Positions 1 to 8,600 of a DNA stretch of 47,096 nt are shown in pieces (position 1 is the first letter of the stretch; the number at the start of each line of letters is the position of its first letter). The notes below the pieces were generated by a model. The model did not search any database and was not told the origin of the DNA. It was given only the letters and a program-made list of their open reading frames with translations. The stretch lies in the NCBI GenBank assembly GCA_016207685.1, contig JACQPE010000083.1, forward strand, positions 1 through 47,096. Reading direction: 5' to 3'. This DNA comes from Elusimicrobiota bacterium (GTDB lineage Bacteria > Elusimicrobiota > Elusimicrobia > JACQPE01). A program made the position numbers and the translations under genes.

Positions 1-432
1 ATTTCCAGAAACATTGACGCCGAGCTTACGCTGGCGGCTTTGCGGGTGGCCATTAAGGAACGCCGGCCGCCCAAGGGCTGCATCCATCATTCGGATCGGG
101 GCGTGCAATACGCCGCTGATGATTACGTCAAGGAGCTCAAAGCCGCCGGTCTTATCCCCAGCATGGCGGCCAAGGGCAATCCCTATGACAATGCGGCGGC
201 CGAATCTTTCATGAAAACCTTAATATACGATGAGGTTTATCTGTGGGATTACCGCACTATGGACGATGTCTTGCAACGCGTTCCCTACTTCTTGGAAGAG
301 GTTTACAACAAAAAACGGCTTCATTCGGCTCTAGGGTATTTAAGCCCGGATCGCTTTGAAGCCAGGCAGCGGAAGAATCAATTAAAATTAGATGCAGAGC
401 AACCTACTTCGGAGGCTGTTTGTGTCCAATGA
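1..432 (+). CDS. IS3-family transposase, C-terminal DDE integrase core (5' truncated by the window edge)
   Basis: Frame is open from base 1. Motifs HHSDRGVQY, GNPYDNAAAESF and YNKKRLHSALGYLSP are typical of IS3 OrfB. Confidence 0.95.
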   Translation: MSRNIDAELTLAALRVAIKERRPPKGCIHHSDRGVQYAADDYVKELKAAGLIPSMAAKGNPYDNAAAESFMKTLIYDEVYLWDYRTMDDVLQRVPYFLEEVYNKKRLHSALGYLSPDRFEARQRKNQLKLDAEQPTSEAVCVQ

Positions 433-447
433 TAGGGGTTCACTCCA
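1..447 (+). mobile_element. IS3-family insertion sequence, right part ending in the IRR
   Basis: The transposase is followed by TGTCCAATGATAGGGGTTCACTCCA, ending in CA at 447. Its reverse complement TGGAGTGAACCCC...TGGACA has the form of an IS3 terminal IR. Confidence 0.85.
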
Positions 448-1616
448 ATTGCTTTACGGCGCATGAGGAGGAAGGGGCGCTCAATGAGCGCGTAGGATAA
501 TGCGGATAAAAAAATCAAGGCCGTTCCATAAAGGACGTAGAAAAAAAACGGGGCATGAAACACCGAACTCACACCCAAACTACCGTTGATTGATCCGGTT
601 CCATTAAATATGATCGGTGTTCCCGTGGCAACAAAAAGACTGTGCCACATATACATGCTGTAGGATACGATTCCTAACAAACGAAAAGGATACCAGCTTA
701 AGACCCGATTGATCAGAGTTATGCTCACCGATGACCACAAGAGGCACAAGACAGAGATTGGGAGGCACTCCCCGATGAAAAGTCGGTACTCCGGATCTAA
801 GTCCAAAACCCAGGCGTAGGGTTCGTGCGGGATATAGGCGCATATCGCCGTAAAACCCAGGCCGAGTCCAACCAAAAAAATGACCCATGGGACCCATTCC
901 CGAGTCTTAAAATCAATGACTTCCGTTAAAAAGATACCAATGGAAAAATATCTTAATAAGTCCAGTTCCCGGGATGGCCAAAAGACCATAGCGAAGGAAC
1001 TCGCCACATAGGATAAGACAGACCCTAATATTGGGCGTTTACTAAAAATAAGGAACCAAACGGGAGCGAGGATGTAAAAACCCTCTTCGACATATAGGCT
1101 CCAGCACGGCGGATTGTAATAATTTGGATACCCGAATAGCCGCCTCATGAAAATTTCGGAAAGAATGTCCTTGACGTTGAATGGCTCTGCCGCATAGCCG
1201 CCGATAAAGATCACAAGCGCCACAATAAAATACAAAGGATAAATTCTAAGCCAACGGCGTTTGAGATAATTGGCCAAATCATGCGCTGAAGCGACGGGCC
1301 GGAGAGTCCGGTAGATGAGAAAGGCACTGATGGATACAAACAGCGGCACCGCAAGAAAGCCCTGTTCAATCATAAAATGTGTTCCCGCGTCATTAAAAGG
1401 GTACAGCCATTGCCAGCAATGAAATAGCGCCACCCAAAGCGCCGCGAAGCCTCGTATGGAATCGAAAGGCTTGATGACGGATTGATTGGCCGGCGCGGGC
1501 AGGCTAAAGACGGTCAGGAAAAGCTTACGAAATTCGTTTGAGAAAGCGAGGAGCGCCAATGCGACGACAAAACCCAAGCTGCTGAAATACAAAATCGCAA
1601 GATGGTTGTAAAACAC
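378..1616 (-). CDS. Acyltransferase family 3 (OafA-like membrane O-acyltransferase); the last ~22 residues are IS-derived
   Basis: Motifs FDSIRGFAALWVALFH, RRWLRIYPLY, WSLYVEEGFY, LGIVSYSMYMWH and IERPF; many TM segments. Confidence 0.9.
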   Translation of the reverse strand: MFYNHLAILYFSSLGFVVALALLAFSNEFRKLFLTVFSLPAPANQSVIKPFDSIRGFAALWVALFHCWQWLYPFNDAGTHFMIEQGFLAVPLFVSISAFLIYRTLRPVASAHDLANYLKRRWLRIYPLYFIVALVIFIGGYAAEPFNVKDILSEIFMRRLFGYPNYYNPPCWSLYVEEGFYILAPVWFLIFSKRPILGSVLSYVASSFAMVFWPSRELDLLRYFSIGIFLTEVIDFKTREWVPWVIFLVGLGLGFTAICAYIPHEPYAWVLDLDPEYRLFIGECLPISVLCLLWSSVSITLINRVLSWYPFRLLGIVSYSMYMWHSLFVATGTPIIFNGTGSINGSLGVSSVFHAPFFFYVLYGTALIFLSALSYALIERPFLLMRRKAIGVNPYHWTQTASEVGCSASNFN

Positions 1617-1674
1617 ATGTCGCTCCCAGACACGAGCAATTTTAGGATAATTCGCTAAAATTAGTGACGGATAC

Positions 1675-4302
1675 GTGCATCTATTTCATCGTTTTCTAAA
1701 ATCTCCGGCCCTTCCTGTTTTTTTGATCCTAGGCAGTTTTTACCTGCTCATCCTTCGCCACGCTAATCCAGGCGCCTCCTTGTATCATGGGGATGCCTTA
1801 AGAATGGCCCTGGGCATTCTTCCTGTGGCCGAACACATCAAAATCCCGGAGGAATACGGACAATACGGCGCCTCAGGTTCACCCTATGGGCTTATGATCT
1901 GGATATTGGCCTTCATCACCAAAAACGTCGCCCTTTCGCTTTTTCTACCGGCGCTGGCCGCGCTCATCGCCTATTTGATCATCAGCGCCGCGATCGGCCG
2001 GCGGCTGGAAGGCACGGCCATGGCATTTTTCAGCGTTATTTTGACGTTATGCTGCCCCAGCATTGTTTTGGAGTCGCGGCTAAGCCTCTATCACCAAATT
2101 TTTACCCTAACAATCGGTGGCGCCATGATTTTGGTGAGCCTGCAAAGCGACTGGACCCGATGGAAAAAAGCATCGCTTCTAACGGCCTTGCTGGGCATTG
2201 GGCTCTTATCAGGCGCATTCAACTGCGCTCTCTTCATTCCCAGCATGATCATTGTTCTCATGCTGCGCCCAGGGAAGGGCAAAATTCAACACGGCGGCAA
2301 ATTAGCCGCGTTGCTGGCGCTGGCCGCCATATTCATGCCTAAAATAAAACAACTGGTTCAAATCTTCTCCAAAAATATTCCCACCAGCGCGGAAACAATT
2401 TGGTCATATTTGGCCATCAAAACGTTTAAGGCGATTTCTTCTATTGATTTCATTGCGGGTTCAGAAAGACTCGCCAAGCTGCTCTACGATCTTTTTTGGA
2501 GGGCGGACTCATTTTTTTATAAAGAAGCATGGCTGTTTGATTTTTTTGACCAGCCCCTGGTTCCCGCTGCCATCGGACTGCTCTTCATCGCCGGCCTCTG
2601 GCGCTCTATGGAACGCCGGGATCAAACCGACATTGCGCTCTGGGCGTTTCTCATTCCTCCGGCGTTAATGCTCGGCTTCATCGTGGATTCCTACGATGCG
2701 CATTGTGCCGTGGCTTTCATGCCGGCGATCTTGACGATGGCCGCGCGTGAAACGCATCTTTGGTGGAACCGCTTTCCTAAACTGCCGCGAATCGCCGCCA
2801 AGACGATTATTTCATCTTCCATCGCCGCCATGTTAATATATGCCTATCTTTACTGCGTCCCAACATTTGACCAAAGAAATCCCCTGGAATTCGTCGAATC
2901 CGTTGCCGCCTACGTCAACAACATCAAAAACCCCCAACGCATGGTCATTTTTCTTCCTTTTCTCCCTCACGATTGGACGGAAGCGTTTCATTTCATCACC
3001 AGATTTAAATATGCCGGAAGGGTTTTCCCGCAGCCGGTTGATCACCAGGGATTGATCGATACGGGCTTTCAATTCGCCAAGCTGCACCCCGACAATCGCT
3101 CCCTCATTTTCATTGAAGACCGCTCTTCGGATAAACGCCTGGCCAACGGCATCTTTTCTTATTACCCGCCGGACTCGATCTTTTTCAAATATATTGCCGG
3201 CATCAATGCCTATGAGCGAAAACGTGAAAATTTTCCCTCAATGACTAATTTTTACATGCCGGCCTTGCTGGAACCTCAAAAGCCCTTTATCTGGAACTTC
3301 AACAATCCTCTTAAGGGCCGCTATCAACTTTGGTGCCGTTTTAAGCCGGTGGATCCGCAATCATTGAGTATTGACGCCTGGCTAAAAACTACAAAATTAT
3401 CAACAGGCGCCAAAACCGCTTGCGGCGCCGGCAGTGAATCAAACTGTTGGAAATTCTTCGGATCGCACAAAATTAATGCCGGCAACCAGTCTTTAGTTTT
3501 AAAAAATTCAGACGCCGAAGGGGATATCAATCTTCATCAATGCCTGTTCATCAATGAAAACGAACCGATGACTTGGCCCAAAAAAATCGTCAGCCAAACC
3601 AAAACGGGAAGCTTCGCCACCGATAAAAAAGGCTTCTATGAATTCACCATCAACAGCTCGACGGACTGCATCAATATTGTGCGCGTTGACAATGAACTCT
3701 ATCCAAATTTTGTCAAAACCGTTTTTATGCGCTTTTTACCGGCCGGCAAGCACCGTATTGACGCTGAATCCTCCTGCCGGACAGATGAAACATTCAACAT
3801 AGCAATAAATCCTCTGGAAGTTATACGGAAATTGACGCCGAAAGATATCATCGCCAGCCATGGCGTCGAAATTAGCAGCGAATCAACCAAGGTCTTTTTC
3901 TCCCCGACCGAAGTTGTCAAACATCAAAATAGGGACGTTGCCAGATCTCTTGACGGCAAACTCGCTGACTCCTCATGTTATGCCACCTACCGTTTCTCAA
4001 TACCCGAGTCGGGGCCCTATGATTTATGGGTCCTGATCGAATACGGCAAAACCGCCGGGGAATTCTACTTGTCCATCAACGAAGGTCAAAAATTTAAAAT
4101 CAAACCCCTCAATATCACCTGGGGGGCGGAAAGCTACGCCCGATGGGTCAAAATAGCCTCGGTTAACTTTGATAAAAACGATTTTATTATCTCAATTGGA
4201 ACGCCGCTTTACGGTAAGGACCTGACGCTGCGCGATATTCTTATCGTTAAAACGCCGGATAGGGGCTGGTCAAAAGAAAAATCCGATTTACCAACAAACT
4301 AA
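1675..4302 (+). CDS. Polytopic membrane protein, GT-C (ArnT/PMT-like) N-terminal half with C-terminal CBM-like beta-sandwich modules
   Basis: About 10 or more hydrophobic segments in aa 1-390, including LTLCCPSIVLESR. Two soluble repeats resemble carbohydrate-binding modules (GRYQLWCR...WKFFG and GPYDLWVL...WVKIA). Confidence 0.6.
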   Translation: MHLFHRFLKSPALPVFLILGSFYLLILRHANPGASLYHGDALRMALGILPVAEHIKIPEEYGQYGASGSPYGLMIWILAFITKNVALSLFLPALAALIAYLIISAAIGRRLEGTAMAFFSVILTLCCPSIVLESRLSLYHQIFTLTIGGAMILVSLQSDWTRWKKASLLTALLGIGLLSGAFNCALFIPSMIIVLMLRPGKGKIQHGGKLAALLALAAIFMPKIKQLVQIFSKNIPTSAETIWSYLAIKTFKAISSIDFIAGSERLAKLLYDLFWRADSFFYKEAWLFDFFDQPLVPAAIGLLFIAGLWRSMERRDQTDIALWAFLIPPALMLGFIVDSYDAHCAVAFMPAILTMAARETHLWWNRFPKLPRIAAKTIISSSIAAMLIYAYLYCVPTFDQRNPLEFVESVAAYVNNIKNPQRMVIFLPFLPHDWTEAFHFITRFKYAGRVFPQPVDHQGLIDTGFQFAKLHPDNRSLIFIEDRSSDKRLANGIFSYYPPDSIFFKYIAGINAYERKRENFPSMTNFYMPALLEPQKPFIWNFNNPLKGRYQLWCRFKPVDPQSLSIDAWLKTTKLSTGAKTACGAGSESNCWKFFGSHKINAGNQSLVLKNSDAEGDINLHQCLFINENEPMTWPKKIVSQTKTGSFATDKKGFYEFTINSSTDCINIVRVDNELYPNFVKTVFMRFLPAGKHRIDAESSCRTDETFNIAINPLEVIRKLTPKDIIASHGVEISSESTKVFFSPTEVVKHQNRDVARSLDGKLADSSCYATYRFSIPESGPYDLWVLIEYGKTAGEFYLSINEGQKFKIKPLNITWGAESYARWVKIASVNFDKNDFIISIGTPLYGKDLTLRDILIVKTPDRGWSKEKSDLPTN

Positions 4303-4312
4303 CTTCAGTTGG

Positions 4313-4344
4313 GCGCGCTGTTACAGGCAGCCATAACAGCGCGC
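4313..4344 (+). terminator. Stem-loop after the 875-aa gene
   Basis: GCGCGCTGTTA / TAACAGCGCGC 11-bp stem; no strong U tract. Confidence 0.4.
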
Positions 4345-4385
4345 ATCTGAAAAATTTAGGATAAAAGTAAAATAGAGATTTGACC

Positions 4386-4470
4386 CTAGTTCGCTAGTTT
4401 GTCTAGTTCTCTACTGGATATTGAAACTACTTCAGTGTATAATGTAACTACAATGCATAACTATAACTAC
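4386..4470 (+). promoter_or_regulatory. Sigma70-type promoter and putative operator repeats of the TA operon
   Basis: TGGATA (4415-4420), 17-bp spacer, TATAAT (4438-4443). Three CTAGTT boxes lie upstream and four AACTA(C/T) boxes lie over the promoter and start codon. Confidence 0.55.
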
Positions 4471-4755
4471 CCTGTGCCCAATTCCTCAACCGCCGGCATT
4501 CGGCAATTAAAAGCGCATCTGAGCGCATATCTCAATCAAGTTAAACATGGCCAAGCGGTCACCATTACCGAAAGAGGTCATAAAATCGGCATTATTCTTC
4601 CTACCGAACAAAAAGAAGAACCCCCGCAATGGCTTTGGTCTTTAATTAAACAAAGCGCCATCAAATGGTCAGGGGGTAAACCGAAAGGCCTGCAAAAGCC
4701 GGTTTCTATTAAGGGCAAACCGCTATCTCAAACAATCCTAGAGAATAGAAATTGA
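4453..4755 (+). CDS. Type II TA antitoxin, Phd/YefM family
   Basis: GIRQLKAHLSAYLNQVKHGQAVTITERG Phd motif; lies upstream of a PIN toxin. ATG 4453 preferred over TTG 4399. Confidence 0.88.
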   Translation: MHNYNYPVPNSSTAGIRQLKAHLSAYLNQVKHGQAVTITERGHKIGIILPTEQKEEPPQWLWSLIKQSAIKWSGGKPKGLQKPVSIKGKPLSQTILENRN

Positions 4756-4816
4756 CGCTGCCCGCCCTTTGCTCCGGAACCAATCGCGACTCCAACAGCG
4801 TTCGGTGGCGCGCAGA

Positions 4817-5248
4817 ATGAATCTCTACCTGGATACCAGTTGCCTGGCCAAGGCGTATATCCAGGAATCAGGCAGTGATATTGTGCTTCAACAAATCGGC
4901 CAAGCCGAGCTTATCGCCACCTCATTAATTAGCTATCCAGAAATGCGTGGCGCTCTAACGCGAAGGCTTCAAGAAAAACACCTTCGCGAATCTGATTACC
5001 GCAAGCTTCTCCATCAATTTGAAAAAGACTGGCCATGCTTTGTCCGCATTCCCGTTGCCGAGGAATTGGCTCTTCAGGCAGGAAAGTTGGCGGCCCGGCA
5101 TTTGCTTCGCGGGCTCGACGCCATTCATTTGGCCTGCGCTATCAAGCTCAAACGCTCCGGTGCGGCGATTCTTTTTTATAGCGCCGATCAAAAACTCAAC
5201 CGCGCCGCCCACAAAGAAGGCTTTCGGGAACTTTACCCTGCTATCTAA
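4817..5248 (+). CDS. vapC: Type II TA toxin, VapC PIN-domain ribonuclease
   Basis: MNLYLDTSCLAK...E...LRGLDAIHLACA...SADQKL acidic PIN motifs. Confidence 0.9.
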   Translation: MNLYLDTSCLAKAYIQESGSDIVLQQIGQAELIATSLISYPEMRGALTRRLQEKHLRESDYRKLLHQFEKDWPCFVRIPVAEELALQAGKLAARHLLRGLDAIHLACAIKLKRSGAAILFYSADQKLNRAAHKEGFRELYPAI

Positions 5249-5323
5249 AGTATTGCCCCAGGGAGAGCCCCCCTGACCCCGGTTTGATCCCTGGCCGAAC
5301 CTTGCGCTCATCTGAAGAACTGC

Positions 5324-5386
5324 GTCATTCCAAGGAGCAAAATGACGAAGAATCTCGATCAATTCTCGCCTGCGGCTTAGAATGAC
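5324..5386. repeat. REP-like palindromic element (GTCATTC...GAATGAC)
   Basis: Inverted ends GTCATTC/GAATGAC with internal GAAGAATCTC, followed by a T tract. Looks like a degenerate extragenic palindrome. Confidence 0.55.
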
Positions 5387-5426
5387 AACTTTTTTTGAAC
5401 GCGCTCTTACAGGCAACCAGATTTAT

Positions 5427-5464
5427 GGGACTTTAGTCCTAAGTTAATATTAGGACTTTAAAGT
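5427..5464 (+). promoter_or_regulatory. Putative transcription factor boxes GGACTTTAGTCC / GGACTTTA
   Basis: Near-palindrome at 5428-5439 and a repeat 25 bp downstream. The 12-mer ACTTTAGTCCTA recurs upstream of the subtilase gene. Confidence 0.5.
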
Positions 5465-5521
5465 AATATTTTTTCCCCCAAGACCCAAGAATCCCGCCGA
5501 TCAATAAGATATCTTTAAATA

Positions 5522-6865
5522 ATGCGCGCTATTTTCGCGTTGAGCATGGTTTTATTATCAGTCCGGCCATCCATGAGCGAATGTCCGTCTGGTTTACCAT
5601 ATTGTCCGGAGAATTCCGCGGTGGCGGCGCAAAAATCTTTTGAAGGAACGATTCCCGAACGATTTAAGCCGGAATCACCCGTTCGGGCTCCCGGCGGCGC
5701 GCACATAAACTTTTTGGCGGCCGTGGTAATGCCCAATGCGATTTACGGCGCCGCTTCAGCCTCCCATGCCGCTCATCGAGTGACTGCCCGACAAAAATTA
5801 TGGGCTTCAGTCACGCCAAGCGTTCAGGTAACGGATCAAGGCATTTTTGTGTCGGTTTCAGGAGGTCAGCCAACGGTTTTTCCCCCTGAACTTGAAAACG
5901 ACCCTGCCCGCATTGCCGAGTTGCAGGAGGATTACAATCCCGCCGGCTACCACACGGCTTTTATCATGGGCGGCACAAGTATGCTCGCGGGAGCTCTCCT
6001 TGAAGCGGGAGGCGTTGTTTCAACGCCGGAGCCTTGGTATGTTGACCTCGTTCTCAACGGCGGCAGCGGCTTTGCTTTGGGCTGCACTTTCAACCAAGGC
6101 GCCTTAAGCAGGGACATCGCGCAAGGCGCCTTAAATGGCATCAGCGGCTGGGGCACATCCTTGGCCGCTTCCGTCATTTTTGACAAACCGGCGCCGGACC
6201 CTAGATATGCTACGATCTCCTATGCTGCCATTTATGGATTAAAGGGTGTCTTGCCCAACAATGGCAATCCCATTTTTACCGATGGCGTGACCAATGGCAA
6301 TTGGCTCACCAATGCGGCCACGGACATTGTTTTTGCCGGCCTCTGGGATGGCACATCCGGATTTCTGGCCCAGACCCTGCGCGGCCGGCCCGAATCGAAA
6401 GATTTTCTCTCGGACTTAGCCGGAGGCCTTATATTCAAAGGCATCCAAAACGCCTACTATGGAACCCGCATTGAATTAGACCCCTCCGTGCTTGCCCGGG
6501 CCGAACGCCTCGCTTTAACCGGCGCCGGGGCCGATGTCAGCCATCTCATGGGTGATGCGGAAATCCGGCGGGGCGGTCTCTATTTCATGTTCAATCCCGG
6601 CGATCAGACAACCGCCAGAACCTGGATTACCGTTAAAAACTCCTACGCCCTAGGGGATCTCGCCAATCGAGGCGAATTGACTTCTTCCGGCGACCGGACA
6701 TCAGCCGTTTTGGCCGGTGGATTCACGCATTTATGGACCCTGGATCGCGTGGGCTTGCAGCTTGGCCTTTGGAGAGTCTACCGCACGATCACAGGCGCCG
6801 ATCAAGGCGCAACCCTCTATGATGACTTACCGGATGAGGCAAAGAGACCGTTGGAACCAGAGTAG
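5522..6865 (+). CDS. Secreted hypothetical protein, Gly/Ala-rich
   Basis: 447-aa ORF with a signal-peptide-like N-terminus (MRAIFALSMVLLSV); no family recognised. Confidence 0.7.
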   Translation: MRAIFALSMVLLSVRPSMSECPSGLPYCPENSAVAAQKSFEGTIPERFKPESPVRAPGGAHINFLAAVVMPNAIYGAASASHAAHRVTARQKLWASVTPSVQVTDQGIFVSVSGGQPTVFPPELENDPARIAELQEDYNPAGYHTAFIMGGTSMLAGALLEAGGVVSTPEPWYVDLVLNGGSGFALGCTFNQGALSRDIAQGALNGISGWGTSLAASVIFDKPAPDPRYATISYAAIYGLKGVLPNNGNPIFTDGVTNGNWLTNAATDIVFAGLWDGTSGFLAQTLRGRPESKDFLSDLAGGLIFKGIQNAYYGTRIELDPSVLARAERLALTGAGADVSHLMGDAEIRRGGLYFMFNPGDQTTARTWITVKNSYALGDLANRGELTSSGDRTSAVLAGGFTHLWTLDRVGLQLGLWRVYRTITGADQGATLYDDLPDEAKRPLEPE

Positions 6866-8233
6866 TCAATTTCCAAAAAGCCTGAAACCAAGAGCCATGC
6901 TCCGTAACGCCGGTTTTTCGATCCCAGCATTGATTGGCGTGGCATCTCCAACAATTCCTGACAGCGCAGCAGCCCATGTCCGCATTCCGGATAAAACGGG
7001 GGTAGACCGGCTTTGGGATACCAATGAAAAACCGCTGCTTGCCGCCTCCATAGCGGCCCGCGCATTGACCAATCCCGCGCCCTGCGCCCCGGCGTCATAG
7101 CCCAAATTCTCCGCCGATTCGAGCAAAATGCGTCTAACTTGTCCGGCTGCAAGTGAAGGATTTACGTTCAATATCAACGCCGCAACGGCGCTGACCATTG
7201 GAGCCGACATGGAAGTTCCACTATATCGCTCATAGCCGCCTCCGGGAACAGTAGAAAAAATTTCAGCGCCTGGGGCTATGAGATCGAGCCCTTCGCCGGT
7301 GTTAGAAAAATCAGCCACGCTGTCATAACCGTCACTGGCTCCCACGGCAATGACCTCATCATAAGCCGCGGGATAGTCCATCTCATCTTTGCCGTCGTTG
7401 CCGGATGCGGCAACTAAAATAATCCCTGCCCTGGCGGCCTGCCTGACCGCTTGATAGAGAGCTTCGTTGTCATCGGGGCTGCCCAAGCTCATGTTGATGA
7501 CGCGCGCTCCGGTCCCCATGCAATACTCAATACCGGAGATCACCGCCGAGTCCGGAGCGCCGCCTTCGGCGCTGAAGACCTTGGCGTGGAACAACCGGGC
7601 CCGCGGCGCGACACCAGCCACGCCGCGGCCATTGACGCGCGCCGCGATGATGCCGCTGACATGCGTGCCGTGGCCCAATTCATCTTCCAAGTCCCCTGAT
7701 CCGGTAAAGTCCATGCCGCCTTGATAAACTCCCGCCAAATCAGGATGTCCGCGGTCAATGCCGGAGTCAATGATGCAAACTGCCGCTCCTTGCCCTTGCG
7801 AGATTTTCCAAGCCTCCGGAGCCTCAATACGCGCCACGCCCCAATCAATTTCCGAATCCTCATCCAATTTCATGGGCCTGAATAACTTTTTAGCCCCAGG
7901 CAGCGGGACTATGGGCCTGACAAGGCCGTCATCAATAACCTCTTCGATCTGCGGATGACCCTGAAGACGCGCGGCGGCTTCGCTGGAGATACGCCCCAAC
8001 ATTCCGTTGATGAGCCTTAATTCCATCACCGGCTCGCCACCGGCCTCATGGATAAGGTCTTCCCGGCCTTCGGTGTCCAGCTTGCAGGAATGTTTAAAAA
8101 GGACTATTTTTCTTTGATTTACCGGCTCCCATGAATCATCTGCTGCCCATCCCCAAGGAGATTGGATGCTCCACGCGACCAACCCAACAACGCCCAGCGT
8201 AAAAAATCCCATTCCCTTGCCGCCGGTCTTCAT
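6866..8233 (-). CDS. S8 subtilisin-like serine protease with signal peptide and propeptide
   Basis: Catalytic triad motifs IIDSGID, HGTHVSG and GTSMSAP; oxyanion motif AASGN; AGGAGG RBS. Confidence 0.95.
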   Translation of the reverse strand: MKTGGKGMGFFTLGVVGLVAWSIQSPWGWAADDSWEPVNQRKIVLFKHSCKLDTEGREDLIHEAGGEPVMELRLINGMLGRISSEAAARLQGHPQIEEVIDDGLVRPIVPLPGAKKLFRPMKLDEDSEIDWGVARIEAPEAWKISQGQGAAVCIIDSGIDRGHPDLAGVYQGGMDFTGSGDLEDELGHGTHVSGIIAARVNGRGVAGVAPRARLFHAKVFSAEGGAPDSAVISGIEYCMGTGARVINMSLGSPDDNEALYQAVRQAARAGIILVAASGNDGKDEMDYPAAYDEVIAVGASDGYDSVADFSNTGEGLDLIAPGAEIFSTVPGGGYERYSGTSMSAPMVSAVAALILNVNPSLAAGQVRRILLESAENLGYDAGAQGAGLVNARAAMEAASSGFSLVSQSRSTPVLSGMRTWAAALSGIVGDATPINAGIEKPALRSMALGFRLFGN

Positions 8234-8296
8234 AGATACCTCCTATTCCCGTTCAATTCCCTCAAATCCCCTCCTCCCCTTCACTTTAACCCTGTT

Positions 8297-8352
8297 CCCA
8301 AAAGACTTAAAAAAATAGGGTCTTTTGGGTAAGTTAAAAATAGGACTAAAGT
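8297..8352 (-). promoter_or_regulatory. Putative regulatory boxes upstream of the subtilase
   Basis: Perfect 10-bp inverted repeat CCCAAAAGAC-N13-GTCTTTTGGG, plus TAGGACTAAAGT at 8341-8352. Confidence 0.5.
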
Positions 8353-8371
8353 TGCGATATATGTGAATTAA

Positions 8372-8549
8372 CCCAGATTCCGCAGTTGCGGAATCCTCCT
8401 CGCAAGCCCCGCAGACAGGGCTGCGGGACCCTGAAGCGCCACAGGCGCGACGGGAGCGAAACAATCCCCCACCGGCGTAGCCGGAAATTCCGCATTTTTC
8501 TGTGCGCGTGTTTCCCCTATGCAAAGGCTGTTCAAATGCGGAATTTGGG
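8372..8549. mobile_element. 178-bp MITE with IS1380-like ends
   Basis: TIRs CCCAGATTCCGCAGTTG / CAAATGCGGAATTTGGG (15/17 match), flanked by an exact 5-bp direct repeat ATTAA (8367-8371 and 8550-8554). Confidence 0.85.
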
Positions 8550-8600
8550 ATTAATACGCACGTTGGAAATTTTTAACTTGGCCTGGTAAACTTAAATGCT

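Noticed and set aside
4955-5416. 153-aa minus-strand ORF
   Set aside because: Overlaps vapC antisense and runs through a palindromic repeat.
8243-8589. Small ORFs (93 aa minus, 67 aa plus)
   Set aside because: Both mostly lie within the MITE; likely chance open frames.
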